The position numbers and the translations under genes are program-made. From a virus: 64,000 nt of DNA. Shown here piece after piece: positions 1-7,434 of the stretch. The stretch lies in IMG/VR virus record IMGVR_UViG_3300029305_002985, positions 68,092 to 132,091 of that record; one strand, 5' to 3'. Within the stretch, counting starts at the first letter, position 1. Every line of letters starts with the position of its first letter. The notes under the pieces were generated by a model. That model was not told the origin of the DNA, made no database searches, and saw nothing but the letters and a program-made list of their open reading frames with translations.

Positions 1-384
1 AAGGTCAAGTTTGTAGGTGTCCGCACCGATGCGGAAAGTGATGAGTTTTCCGCTATTGACCACAACAATGTCCTCTGCGTTGAGTGTCGGCAACATCTCC
101 GCTACTGCCTTTATGATGCCCTCTTTCGTGGGGTCATCCTTTTTCACACGCTCTCTCTGCGTTTTCGGTTTATACTCCGCGCGGGCTTGGTGTACTGTTG
201 CGGTTACGCGGTTTTCCTTTGCCTTTTGGCACAGGGCTTCCTGTTCGGCATTGACCTCATACCCCTCGTCCTCAAGCCACATTTGGATTGCTTCGCGTTG
301 GGTCAGCCCCAACATCTTGCGGTATGTGGCTATGGTGTTATCGGGGATATTGACGCGCTTGCCACCTTTGAGTTCATAAAGCAT
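1..384 (-). CDS. hypothetical early protein, possibly DNA-binding (start codon at 384-382; C-terminus lies beyond the window start)
   Basis: Minus-strand ORF MLYELKGGKRVNIPDNTIATYRKMLGLTQREAIQMWLED... with RBS AAGGAAGGAG about 8 nt upstream of the ATG. It is absent from the ORF track because no stop falls inside the window. Its promoter region overlaps the GTTCACAA repeats. Confidence 0.5.
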   Translation of the reverse strand, partial: MLYELKGGKRVNIPDNTIATYRKMLGLTQREAIQMWLEDEGYEVNAEQEALCQKAKENRVTATVHQARAEYKPKTQRERVKKDDPTKEGIIKAVAEMLPTLNAEDIVVVNSGKLITFRIGADTYKLDL

Positions 385-404
385 ATCGGTATTCGCTCCT
401 TCCT

Positions 405-478
405 TTTTATTACATATATATTATACCATAAAGTTGTGAACACCGTATGAACAAATTGTGAACATTTTGTGAACTTTA
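405..478 (-). promoter_or_regulatory. promoter (TGgTATAAT extended -10) overlapped by four GTTCACAA direct repeats at about 11-bp spacing
   Basis: Minus strand reads aagTTCACAAaatgTTCACAAtttgTTCATAcggtgTTCACAActttatggTATAAT. Repeats start near 434, 446, 457 and 468. Confidence 0.45.
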
Positions 479-481
479 TGG

Positions 482-505
482 GGAGGGGGCTTATAGCCCC
501 CTCAT
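482..505 (-). terminator. GC-rich hairpin downstream of the 507-854 gene
   Basis: gagggggc-ttat-agccccctc inverted repeat immediately after the stop codon (minus strand). No clear U-tract. Confidence 0.35.
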
Positions 506-506
506 A

Positions 507-854
507 TTAGGCGAGGGAGAAAGTGGAAACTTTCTTTTCCACCGACTTGATGACCTCACCGCTTGCGACCATCTTGCCAAGCATAGCGGTCACCTTTTGA
601 ACGGTGATGTCGGGGTAATCTGCGACCAGTGCCTTATGCACCTCGCTTGCGCGCTTGCCACCGTTTGCAAGCACCTCGGAGATTGCGATGAAATACTTTT
701 CATCGGCTTCGGCTTTCTTTGCGTTTGCGCTACCGCGCTTTGCATCTGCCTGTGCGATTTTCTTTTCGCACCACGCGACCACCTCGGCATCGTTCGCCAT
801 AGCGGAGATAATGCGGTTGAGAATGTCTTTGGAAGTAACCTTTTCGTTTGCCAT
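507..854 (-). CDS. hypothetical early protein, 115 aa; paralog of the 1404-1754 gene
   Basis: ORF with RBS GAAAGGAAAGG 9 nt upstream of the ATG. Shares ...DEK(Y/F)F.AI..VLA.G.KRA.EV..AL..D.TIQKVTAML.KMVA..V.K.VEKKVSTF.L with the protein at 1404-1754. Confidence 0.7.
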   Translation of the reverse strand: MANEKVTSKDILNRIISAMANDAEVVAWCEKKIAQADAKRGSANAKKAEADEKYFIAISEVLANGGKRASEVHKALVADYPDITVQKVTAMLGKMVASGEVIKSVEKKVSTFSLA

Positions 855-939
855 AGTGTTGTACCTTTCCTTTCATAGATAGAAGATTGATTTGTGGATT
901 GCGGTTTGGGAGAGCCGTACGCTCTCTCCCTCTCTGCTC

Positions 940-1003
940 TTATATTATACCATACTTTGAGCCGTTTGTCAAGGGGTTTTTGAAAAGTTTTTCAAATTTT
1001 TTT
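940..1003 (-). promoter_or_regulatory. early promoter, P1 type: UP-like palindrome TTGAAAA-N-TTTTCAA, -35 TTGACA, 17-nt spacer, TGgTATAAT
   Basis: Reverse complement reads ccTTGACAaacggctcaaagtatggTATAATataag. The -35 is at 967-972 and the -10 at 944-949. A stem-loop (GGGAGAGAGCGTACGGCTCTCCC) lies in the 5' UTR. Confidence 0.6.
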
Positions 1004-1189
1004 TCGCACCGCCTTGCGCTTGCGCTCTCTGTCTTGGTACATTTATATTATACCACAAACGGACGCGGATTGCAAGAGCAATACTGCACAAAATTTAGGT
1101 TGTTTTGTGGGAATTTTTTGTGCAAAATGCCGAGCGAGGTTTGCGCGGAAAAAGTTAGGTAAGGCTAACACCACGCGCAAATCGGCTCT

Positions 1190-1262
1190 GGAGCGACCGC
1201 TCCAGAGCCGGCAAATAAAAAAGGCGCGAGCCGTCGCTCACGCCTTTCCCGCGCGGTTGTGA
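1190..1262 (-). terminator. tandem rho-independent terminators downstream of the 1404 gene
   Basis: Minus-strand hairpins GCCGGCTCTGGAGCGGTCGCTCCAGAGCCG and GGCGTGAGCGACGGCTCGCGCC, the second followed by TTTTTTATTTGCC. Confidence 0.55.
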
Positions 1263-1403
1263 TGGCGTGATAGCCACCACGATAGACGGAGCAGGGGGTT
1301 TCACCCTCACACTCTCTCCCGGTGGCCGCCGTCGCGGTCGGGGGCGATTTCCTTTTTAATCTATCCGTCTATGTAGAGGGGCTTACGCCCCTCTGTGGGT
1401 GGA

Positions 1404-1754
1404 TTACTCGGCATCCTCACCCTCGCCATCAACCCCAAAGTTGAGGGCGAAAGTGGACACCTTCTTCTCCACGGTCTTGGTTACGCGCTTTGCCGCAACC
1501 ATCTTGGTGAGCATAGCCGTGACCTTCTGAATGGTCAGACCATCCATATCCTTTGCAAGCGCATTGAATACCTCGGTGGCGCGCTTGCCCTTGCCATCCG
1601 CGAGAACATCCGCAATCGCGTCAAAGAACTTCTCGTCCTCTGCGTTCTTCTTGGAGTTGGCGGAAATCGCCTTCTTCTCCAACTTTGCGATGCGCTCCTC
1701 GCAGAACTTGATGAGGTCATCGTGACCGCCGATTTCCTCGAACACGGAAATCAT
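1404..1754 (-). CDS. hypothetical early protein, 116 aa, paralog of 507-854. A probable N-terminal extension runs to the ATG at 1808 through an in-frame TAG at 1775-1773.
   Basis: ORF MISVFEEIGGHDD.... Upstream in frame: ATG(1808) GCT ACT GTT GTA AAG GCA AAG GCA CCC ACT TAG AAG GAG CAG TTC GGC AAG ATG(1754). The ATG at 1808 has the same RBS geometry as the paralog (AAAAGGAAGG + 9 nt). Confidence 0.6.
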   Translation of the reverse strand: MISVFEEIGGHDDLIKFCEERIAKLEKKAISANSKKNAEDEKFFDAIADVLADGKGKRATEVFNALAKDMDGLTIQKVTAMLTKMVAAKRVTKTVEKKVSTFALNFGVDGEGEDAE

Positions 1755-1865
1755 CTTGCCGAACTGCTCCTTCTAAGTGGGTGCCTTTGCCTTTACAACA
1801 GTAGCCATAGTAGTGTACCTTCCTTTTCTTATTTTTTTTATTGTCAGCGGCTCTCGCCTTACTGC

Positions 1866-1935
1866 TCTTATATTATACCACATTCCGTGGGGTTTGTCAA
1901 GAGGTTTTGCGAAAAATTTTTATTTTTTTCGCGCC
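1866..1935 (-). promoter_or_regulatory. early promoter P1 type (TTGACA-17-TGgTATAAT)
   Basis: Reverse complement ccTCTTGACAaaccccacggaatgTGgTATAAT. The -35 is at 1895-1900 and the -10 at 1872-1877. An A/T-rich UP-like segment lies upstream. Confidence 0.6.
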
Positions 1936-1953
1936 CTTTGTGGGGGAGAGGGA

Positions 1954-2721
1954 TTAACCCTCTCCCTTGATGGTGAATTTGATACCGCTATCGTTGGGGA
2001 GTTTGCGCTTGTTGGTATAGGGGAAGATATGCTCCTCGCCATCTGCGGAAACTACCTTAAACTCGCGCATAAGGTTGCGCGGAATGGAGCGATATACCTT
2101 GTAGTCGGTGTTCCACTCTGCGCCATTGATGATACAATAGTGCAGAATATCCAACTCAATCTCGGCATCCGCAAGGGCGGTGTGCGCTTCATCAAACTCT
2201 GCGTTCTGCGAGAGGAAACGATATACACTCTCTGCGGTGGTGGCAAAATTGCCACTTTCGGTGAACAGTTTATGCTTTTCGCAAAACTCTTGGTATGCGG
2301 TTTGGAAAGCGATAAACTTGTGGACATATCCGCGAATATCGTGGATTTTCACATTATCAAGCGGATTTGGGGTATGATGCCACTCGGCATTGAACGCGAA
2401 TACGCGCTTGTCAAAGTCGCTATTGAACGCATAGGCATCAGTAATGCCGAACTGTTCAATATCACTTGCGACCTTTGCCGCTACCCATTCCCATTTATGC
2501 TTGGTCATAAGGCGGTTAGCAAGCATATCCTCATAGCGCGCTCTCTTGTCCGCATAATATGCGGTGGAAAAGAGCATCATATTGTTCCATACATCGGTGA
2601 CGATATAGGAACGCTTTGCGACTATAACCTCTCGCTCGGTGTCAAACACACAGTAGCCGAGGTCATAGCAGAACGGCTTTTCAAGATTAGCCGTTTCGGT
2701 GTCAAAGACCATAATGTTCAT
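1954..2721 (-). CDS. DEDDh-family 3'-5' exonuclease (DnaQ/RNase T-like; comparable to T4 DexA-type phage exonucleases)
   Basis: N-terminal Exo I motif MVFDTETANL (D-x-E), central acidic motifs, and C-terminal Exo III motif HTALADAEIEL (H-x4-D). RBS GAGAGGAAA. 255 aa. Confidence 0.75.
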   Translation of the reverse strand: MNIMVFDTETANLEKPFCYDLGYCVFDTEREVIVAKRSYIVTDVWNNMMLFSTAYYADKRARYEDMLANRLMTKHKWEWVAAKVASDIEQFGITDAYAFNSDFDKRVFAFNAEWHHTPNPLDNVKIHDIRGYVHKFIAFQTAYQEFCEKHKLFTESGNFATTAESVYRFLSQNAEFDEAHTALADAEIELDILHYCIINGAEWNTDYKVYRSIPRNLMREFKVVSADGEEHIFPYTNKRKLPNDSGIKFTIKGEG

Positions 2722-2777
2722 CGGGGGTGTTTTCCTCTCTTTCTACCATAGGGGGTAGCCCTCGCTCCCCACTCGGT

Positions 2778-2850
2778 ACTTATATTATACCACATCTTGT
2801 GGCTTTTGTCAAGGGGTTTTTCAAAAGTTTTTTGAAAAATTTTTTCGAGC
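2778..2850 (-). promoter_or_regulatory. early promoter P1 type (TTGACA-17-TGgTATAAT) with UP-like TTGAAAA/TTTTCAA element
   Basis: -35 at 2807-2812 and -10 at 2784-2789 (reverse complement). Same cassette as at 940-1003. Confidence 0.6.
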
Positions 2851-2905
2851 CTTGCAAGGTGGCTTTTTCAAACGAAGCACGAAGCAACTACCGAAGCCCT
2901 CGCCC

Positions 2906-2990
2906 CTTGACATTTATAATTATACCACAAATGCGGGAAAATTGCAATAGGCAAATTGCACAAAGTTTTGCACAAAAATTTGTGCAAATT
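2906..2990 (-). promoter_or_regulatory. second upstream promoter P2 type (TTGCAA-17-TGgTATAAT) plus TTGCACAAAGTTTT motif and palindrome TTGCACAAAAATTTGTGCAA
   Basis: -10 at 2920-2925 and -35 at 2943-2948 (reverse complement). Motif at 2957-2970, 9-bp-arm palindrome at 2969-2988. Confidence 0.5.
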
Positions 2991-2995
2991 ACCAC

Positions 2996-3062
2996 TTGAC
3001 AGGCAAAACGGCTCGTGGCGCAGGACCACGAGCCGGCAAAAAGAGGGCGATTACTCGCCCTC
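2996..3062 (-). terminator. tandem rho-independent terminators downstream of the 3051 gene
   Basis: Minus strand: GAGGGCG-AGTAAT-CGCCCTC followed by TTTTT, then GGCTCGTGG-TCCTGCGC-CACGAGCC followed by GTTTTGCC. Confidence 0.65.
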
Positions 3063-3272
3063 AATTTCCTTCCAGTACTCCTCTTCCTCTTCGTTGGAGT
3101 TGATGTCAAGATAGACAATGTCGTCTTCTGCCGTAACCTCGCCAACCGTGCGGTAGTAGGCATCAATTTCATCTGTATCATTGTTGGGAACAAGGACAAT
3201 ATTGTTACCTTTTCCTTCTCCCATCAATTTGGTGAAAAACGCGTGCATCTCTTTTACAGTATAAACTTTCAT
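3051..3272 (-). CDS. hypothetical acidic early protein, 73 aa
   Basis: ORF with RBS AAGGAGA. Co-transcribed with the AbrB-like gene upstream, since no promoter lies between them. Confidence 0.55.
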   Translation of the reverse strand: MKVYTVKEMHAFFTKLMGEGKGNNIVLVPNNDTDEIDAYYRTVGEVTAEDDIVYLDINSNEEEEEYWKEIEGE

Positions 3273-3316
3273 TTTTCATTCTCCTTTATGTTTTTATGTA
3301 GAGGGCGTTTCCGCCC

Positions 3317-3790
3317 TCAATCATCCTCGTTGCGGATGGCATACTCTGCCGTGCGCACCATTGCGCGCACAAGTTTACTGTCTGCATCTTTGGGGAGAAC
3401 AAGGTATGCGATGGGTTGACATTGGTCACGGATGGGCACGACATAGTGGTCACCAATCTCCATTGCGCTCGTTGCGCAAGTTTCGAGGTGTTTGGGGAAA
3501 GAAGGGTTGTTTCGTCTGTTGACGAACAACAGTTCATCACTCTCGTTATAGAGAGCCACCGCATCTTCGCCAAACTCCATAGCCGCGCTACCATACAGTG
3601 CTTTGAGAATGGATTTGATGTTCTTTTCCTCGGTCACCATATGCTTCTTGAAGCAGACATACTTGCCATCCTCGCTCATATAGATTTCAAGGGGGTCGCC
3701 CTCGCGGATATGGAAATTTCTGCGGATTTCCTTAGGGATAACCACGCGACCGAGGTCATCAATTCTGCGAACAATTCCAGTTGCTTTCAT
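3317..3790 (-). CDS. AbrB/SpoVT-family transcription regulator (N-terminal swapped-hairpin domain plus C-terminal extension)
   Basis: N-terminus MKATGIVRRIDDLGRVVIPKEIRRNFHIREGDPLEIY is the canonical AbrB/MazE/SpoVT DNA-binding motif. 157 aa. Confidence 0.75.
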   Translation of the reverse strand: MKATGIVRRIDDLGRVVIPKEIRRNFHIREGDPLEIYMSEDGKYVCFKKHMVTEEKNIKSILKALYGSAAMEFGEDAVALYNESDELLFVNRRNNPSFPKHLETCATSAMEIGDHYVVPIRDQCQPIAYLVLPKDADSKLVRAMVRTAEYAIRNEDD

Positions 3791-3829
3791 AGTAAATACC
3801 TTCCTTTATGTTGTTATGTATGAGGGGCA

Positions 3830-4291
3830 TTAAAGCCCCTCTTTGATAAGGCGGAACAGGTCAAACAGACCATCGGCATCAACCGCGATACCGCCATTGT
3901 TCACCCACTCTCTGCGGTTGCGCTCCTCATCATCGACAAGGAAGCCGAAGCCCTCTGCCACGGTATATTTGGGAGTGCCGTATGCGAGAATGTGGATTTC
4001 GTCAAACTCAACCGAGGGCAGGTGCTTTGCCAACCACTTGCGCTTGACCTCTGCGACCTCTGCGTTATAGGCATCGGTTGCGTTCTTGGCAAGCCACGAG
4101 AGGACACAGACCTTAACCCCTTGCTTGCGGAGAGCGTTGATATAGCGCGCCATCGTAGCCATATGCACCATCGGCTTGGCTTGCGCGTAGGGGGTTGCGA
4201 TGTGGTTTTCAAGCATTTCGCGCCAACCCTCAACCGCGTAGAGGTCAGCGAAAGTTCCGTCCATATCAAGGTAAATGCGGATTTCGTTCAT
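3830..4291 (-). CDS. HAD-superfamily hydrolase, 5'(3')-deoxyribonucleotidase-like
   Basis: Motif I IYLDMDGTFADL (DxDGT) at the N-terminus. Size and pattern resemble NT5C-type nucleotidases. 153 aa. Confidence 0.6.
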   Translation of the reverse strand: MNEIRIYLDMDGTFADLYAVEGWREMLENHIATPYAQAKPMVHMATMARYINALRKQGVKVCVLSWLAKNATDAYNAEVAEVKRKWLAKHLPSVEFDEIHILAYGTPKYTVAEGFGFLVDDEERNRREWVNNGGIAVDADGLFDLFRLIKEGL

Positions 4292-4315
4292 AGTATGTTC
4301 TCCTTTTCCTTTGGT

Positions 4316-4390
4316 ACTTATATTATACCATACTTTTGGTGGTTTGTCAAGAGGGTTTTCAAAAAAAGTTGCAATCTTTTTTCAAGCAAG
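4316..4390 (-). promoter_or_regulatory. early promoter P1 type (TTGACA-17-TGgTATAAT)
   Basis: -35 at 4345-4350 and -10 at 4322-4327 (reverse complement). Confidence 0.6.
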
Positions 4391-4450
4391 GGTCTGTTTC
4401 TGTTCACTACCCTTCGCGCGTTTGGGTTTCTGTGTCCTTCCTCTCCCCTC

Positions 4451-4520
4451 TTGACATACTAATTATACCACATTCACGGGATTTTGTCAACAGTCAAGTT
4501 GCACAAAGTTTCGCGCGGAA
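4451..4520 (-). promoter_or_regulatory. upstream P2-type promoter plus GTTGCACAAAGTTT motif
   Basis: Reverse complement TTGACA...TGgTATAAT followed by TAGTATGTCAAG. Motif at 4498-4513. Confidence 0.45.
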
Positions 4521-4540
4521 AATGACCGAGGTTTGGTGAT

Positions 4541-4598
4541 AATGCACAAAACGGCACGCGGCGAGCGCCCGCGTGCCGAGCGAAAGAAAGGGCGCGGA
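4541..4598 (-). terminator. tandem terminators downstream of the 4599 gene
   Basis: Minus strand GGACGCGGAGTAATCCGCGCCC followed by TTTCTTTC, then GGCACGCGGGCGCTCGCCGCGTGCC followed by GTTTTGTGC. Confidence 0.55.
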
Positions 4599-4826
4599 TT
4601 ACTCCGCGTCCTCTTCTTCTACCTGTATTACTGCTTCTGTGGAAAAATCGCTCTCCACGGAATTGTGATACATATTTAACTTGCCCTCATTGTAGAGCAT
4701 CATCACTGCATCTTTAAGGGAGCATTCTTCTTCTTCTGCGCACTCTTGCACGAGTTGGCTTTGTTCCTCATCAAGATAACAAGTGTAAGTTACTGTTGCT
4801 TCAACAGTTACCGCAAATCTTGCCAT
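4599..4826 (-). CDS. hypothetical acidic early protein, 75 aa
   Basis: ORF with RBS AAAGGAGAAAAAAC. Preceded by the conserved hairpin-ACATAAAAACATAAAGGAG leader. Confidence 0.55.
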   Translation of the reverse strand: MARFAVTVEATVTYTCYLDEEQSQLVQECAEEEECSLKDAVMMLYNEGKLNMYHNSVESDFSTEAVIQVEEEDAE

Positions 4827-4878
4827 TGTTTTTTCTCCTTTATGTTTTTATGTATCGGCGTGGATTGCTCCGCGCCGA

Positions 4879-5214
4879 TTAAAGAGCCATCATAAAATTC
4901 CACCACCAAACCATCCAGCCGATGAACAAAAGAAAACCTATAATAAGGAAAACACCTCGGCATAAATTTCTTTGGTTCTTTTTTATCTTATATTGCTTCA
5001 TCTTTTGCTCATAATCTTTAAGAGCCGCTTCCCACAATTCTTTGCTTTCATAGTGTCGTGGATAGGGATAGCTGGGTCTAGAAAAGTCTGCGGCTAAATA
5101 TTCCCAACACCAACCAGTTACGACAACAAATATAATTGTGCAAAATAACATCAAGATTGCCATAATTTTTACCCCCAAATCATAATGATAAGATTGTATG
5201 CGTTCATCACCCAC
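4879..5214 (-). CDS. small membrane protein (2 TM). An alternative start at 5163 (MAILMLF...) is coupled to the upstream stop.
   Basis: Hydrophobic segments ILMLFCTIIFVVVTGW and VFLIIGFLLFIGWMVWWW. TAAAAATTATG overlap with the upstream gene. Confidence 0.5.
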   Translation of the reverse strand: MGDERIQSYHYDLGVKIMAILMLFCTIIFVVVTGWCWEYLAADFSRPSYPYPRHYESKELWEAALKDYEQKMKQYKIKKNQRNLCRGVFLIIGFLLFIGWMVWWWNFMMAL

Positions 5215-5420
5215 AGTGCCACATTAAGCACCACCAAGTTGATGCGCCTTGCTTGCCAACAAAATGCCGTTGCGATGGTCGCGCCGATGAAGAACGGAAT
5301 TGTCGCGTTCACGCCACAGATAACCAACACCGCGCAAAGCACATAGATAAGTGCGGTGATGTCGGTCACATCAAAGCGGTATGCGCGGTTGAGTTCAAAG
5401 TAGTTCTTAAATGCACGCAT
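5169..5420 (-). CDS. small membrane protein, 83 aa, 2-3 TM
   Basis: Segments ALIYVLCAVLVICGV and FFIGATIATAFCW. RBS GAGGTG. Its start overlaps the end of the 5407 gene. Confidence 0.55.
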   Translation of the reverse strand: MRAFKNYFELNRAYRFDVTDITALIYVLCAVLVICGVNATIPFFIGATIATAFCWQARRINLVVLNVALWVMNAYNLIIMIWG

Positions 5421-5589
5421 CTTCTAACACCTCGTTTCCATCGCTTTCAAAGATTGCGGCGGTTGTGAAGCCCCAACCGCAACCGCATCTGTAATAACTT
5501 ATTCTCTTGATAGTCCAACCATTTTCTTCATATTCGGTTTCAAAGAGTTTAGGTTGCGCGGTGCTACCGCAGTTAGGACACTTTACCAT
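5407..5589 (-). CDS. zinc-ribbon protein, 60 aa
   Basis: CPNCG ... CGCGWG four-Cys arrangement. Confidence 0.5.
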   Translation of the reverse strand: MVKCPNCGSTAQPKLFETEYEENGWTIKRISYYRCGCGWGFTTAAIFESDGNEVLEDACI

Positions 5590-5590
5590 T

Positions 5591-5776
5591 TTATAACTCT
5601 CCTAACTTGATAACAGAAATAATCACAAAGTCTGTTACCATATTCTCTTTGCTATTATAGTGGTCGGGCAAAGCGGCAAGCCACTCCGCAAGGTCGCGTT
5701 CGTGCCAGATAAAATTATTGCAATCGACCTCAAAGCGGTCAAGACTTGCGGAATAAAGTGTTGCAAGATAGGTCAT
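5591..5776 (-). CDS. hypothetical protein, 61 aa (start MTYLATLYS)
   Basis: The ORF-track upstream extension overlaps the promoter -10 (ATGTGGTATAAT), so the true start is the ATG at 5776, after RBS GAGAGGAGAACATAAAA. Confidence 0.5.
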   Translation of the reverse strand: MTYLATLYSASLDRFEVDCNNFIWHERDLAEWLAALPDHYNSKENMVTDFVIISVIKLGEL

Positions 5777-5802
5777 TTTTATGTTCTCCTCTCTCTTGGT
5801 AT

Positions 5803-5862
5803 TATTATTATACCACATTTGATTGAGTTTGTCAAGGGGTTTTATAAATTTTTTTGGAAGGT
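5803..5862 (-). promoter_or_regulatory. early promoter P1 type (TTGACA-17-TGgTATAAT) for the 5776-to-4879 operon
   Basis: -35 at 5830-5835 and -10 at 5807-5812 (reverse complement). Confidence 0.6.
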
Positions 5863-5896
5863 CTTATCTCCTAGAGCGTACCACGCACTTCCTCCC

Positions 5897-5965
5897 CTTG
5901 ACAATAATATTATATCACATTTGCAGGAAATAGTCAATAGTCAAAATCACCAAAGTTTCGCTCGC
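5897..5965 (-). promoter_or_regulatory. upstream P2-type promoter plus motif variant TCACCAAAGTTT
   Basis: Same cassette family as 2906-2990. CTTGACAATAATATTATATCAC. Confidence 0.4.
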
Positions 5966-5995
5966 AAAAATGGCGGCAACTGGTTAAATTGCACA

Positions 5996-6030
5996 AAACG
6001 GAGCGCGCCGACCCTGCGCGCTCCGCTCGG
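5996..6030 (-). terminator. rho-independent terminator downstream of the 6145 gene
   Basis: Minus strand GGAGCGCGCAGGGTCGGCGCGCTCC followed by GTTTTGTGCAA. Confidence 0.55.
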
Positions 6031-6144
6031 AACTTTAGGCAAAAATAAAAAAGCCTAGACACGAGAAATTCGGTCTAGAAATTGTGGAAGAGGTCTACTT
6101 CGCGGAAAACCGACGCTCGCACGATCGCTTGCGCCGTCCAGCGA

Positions 6145-6444
6145 TTACTGGAAGTGTTTAATCACATCTTGTGCATTGTATTCATTTTCGTCTTTCTCCA
6201 AGATAATAATTGTTCTTTCAATTTCGGCACAGTTGCCTAAATTTTGGATGGTTGAAATAACTTTCGAAATCTCTTCCGCACAATCATTTTTTGTCCCGTC
6301 AGAATGGAAGAGTAGCCGCGCGGACTCTTTGCAAAATAACGCGTGAACCGCGAAATCCGTGGCGGCAACTGCCTCCCACTCAAGAGGGACAAGAGAAGAC
6401 TCAAAAGGTGTTAGCACAAGAGCGTGGATTAAATGATACTCCAT
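6145..6444 (-). CDS. hypothetical early protein, 99 aa
   Basis: ORF with RBS AAAAGGAGG. Promoter TTGACA-17-TATAAT directly upstream at 6450-6508. Confidence 0.6.
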   Translation of the reverse strand: MEYHLIHALVLTPFESSLVPLEWEAVAATDFAVHALFCKESARLLFHSDGTKNDCAEEISKVISTIQNLGNCAEIERTIIILEKDENEYNAQDVIKHFQ

Positions 6445-6449
6445 CGCTT

Positions 6450-6508
6450 TGACCTCCTTTTATCTCTTTGTATTATTATTATAATATAAATTTTTCAAAA
6501 TGTCAAAT
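6450..6508 (-). promoter_or_regulatory. promoter TTGACA-17-TATAAT
   Basis: Reverse complement atTTGACAttttgaaaaatttatatTATAATaataatacaaagagataaaaggagg. Confidence 0.6.
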
Positions 6509-6509
6509 G

Positions 6510-6549
6510 CGGCAGACCTAGGTTTTTCTTCCTTGACCTAGGTCTGCCG
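6510..6549 (-). terminator. 14-bp perfect-stem hairpin (terminator for the 6683-6557 operon)
   Basis: gcggcagacctagg-N14-cctaggtctgccgc. On the minus strand it is followed by ATTTGACATTTTG. Confidence 0.55.
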
Positions 6550-6556
6550 CACTTTC

Positions 6557-6661
6557 AAAATTCATCGTAGTGTTCAGCCGCATCTTTCTCATCCTTTGGG
6601 ATAGCGCCCCAAAAGATGCCAAGCACCGCCGCAAAAATAAAGATTACCGCGATTTCCATAG
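6557..6661 (-). CDS. 34-aa hydrophobic membrane peptide
   Basis: MEIAVIFIFAAVLGIFWGAIPKDEKDAAEHYDEF with RBS GGAGAAAACT. Below the ORF-track size cutoff. Confidence 0.4.
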
Positions 6662-6682
6662 TTTTCTCCTTTTGAAGGGCGA

Positions 6683-7189
6683 TTACTCGCCCTTCTGCAA
6701 TTTAAGATATTCTTTTACCATTTCGGCAACATCTACCGAACTACCGCGCGTTTGTGCCATTCTGATTTTTTCTTCAAAGGGGTGCGCCTTGCGCCATTCA
6801 AGTGCAATTTGCTCTTGTTCAAGATTGTAAGCAATACATTGTTCGTATTCTTCTTCAAAGTTGAGTTCACGGAAGCGGTCTGTCAAGGTGTCATTTTTGG
6901 TTTCACAAGTGACAATGTTGATGCTTGCCCACACCATTATCACAAAGCAAGCGACCGCGCCAACCGCGAAGCGCCAATCCCAATAGGTGTCTGCCAAACA
7001 AGCGAAAGTGAGGGTTGCGATGAACAAAGGCAACCAAAGGTACAAGCAAAAGTGTTGAAGCCACTCGTTGCGGTTAATGGCTTTTTCAGTCTGCTGGTCA
7101 ACCTCTTTTGCAAAAGCCTTTTCCTCATTGTCAAAGCCATTGGTGTTGGGGTTAAAGGTCTTGTAGGTGAAGCAACGAGAGAGTGTCAT
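6683..7189 (-). CDS. membrane protein, 168 aa, 2 TM
   Basis: Segments LYLWLPLFIATLTFACL and AVGAVACFVIMVWASINIV. Confidence 0.6.
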   Translation of the reverse strand: MTLSRCFTYKTFNPNTNGFDNEEKAFAKEVDQQTEKAINRNEWLQHFCLYLWLPLFIATLTFACLADTYWDWRFAVGAVACFVIMVWASINIVTCETKNDTLTDRFRELNFEEEYEQCIAYNLEQEQIALEWRKAHPFEEKIRMAQTRGSSVDVAEMVKEYLKLQKGE

Positions 7190-7262
7190 TGTTCTGTTCT
7201 CCTTTTGATGTAGTGTTCAAGAAGGGCTCTGTATCTGTTGCTCCGTCACTGGCGGAATGTTT

Positions 7263-7360
7263 GTGTCATCCCCTCTTGACACTTATATTATATCATAAAT
7301 GCAGGATTTCGTCAATAGGCAAGTTGCACAAACTTTTGGCGCGGAAATTGTGCAAGGTGC
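7263..7360 (-). promoter_or_regulatory. P2-type promoter (TTGACG-17-TGaTATAAT) with upstream GTTGCACAAACTTTTGG motif and inverted partner ATTGTGCAAGG
   Basis: Reverse complement cctaTTGACGaaatcctgcatttatgaTATAATataagtgtcaag. Motif at 7324-7340. Confidence 0.5.
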
Positions 7361-7376
7361 TAGGCTACAGTAAAAT

Positions 7377-7430
7377 CGCGCCGTGGCAAACGGTCACGGC
7401 GCGGCGAGAGTTTCCTCTCAACCGCGCCGC
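7377..7430 (-). terminator. tandem hairpins downstream of the 7435 gene
   Basis: gcgccgtg-gcaaacggt-cacggcgc and gcggcg...cgccgc. On the minus strand they are followed by GATTTTACTG. Confidence 0.45.
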
Positions 7431-7434
7431 GCGC

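Noticed and set aside
1777-2751. 324-aa plus-strand ORF and other long plus-strand ORFs in the 1-11 kb block (for example 1395-1970, 7183-7776, 8965-9546, 10194-10871)
   Set aside because: They are antisense to well-supported minus-strand genes (DEDDh exonuclease and others). They lack RBSs and run through promoters and terminators. The GC-richer sequence keeps random frames open.
5591-5818. 75-aa version of the 5591 ORF
   Set aside because: The first 14 codons (ATGTGGTATAATAATAAT...) are the promoter -10 itself. The real start is the ATG at 5776, after the RBS.
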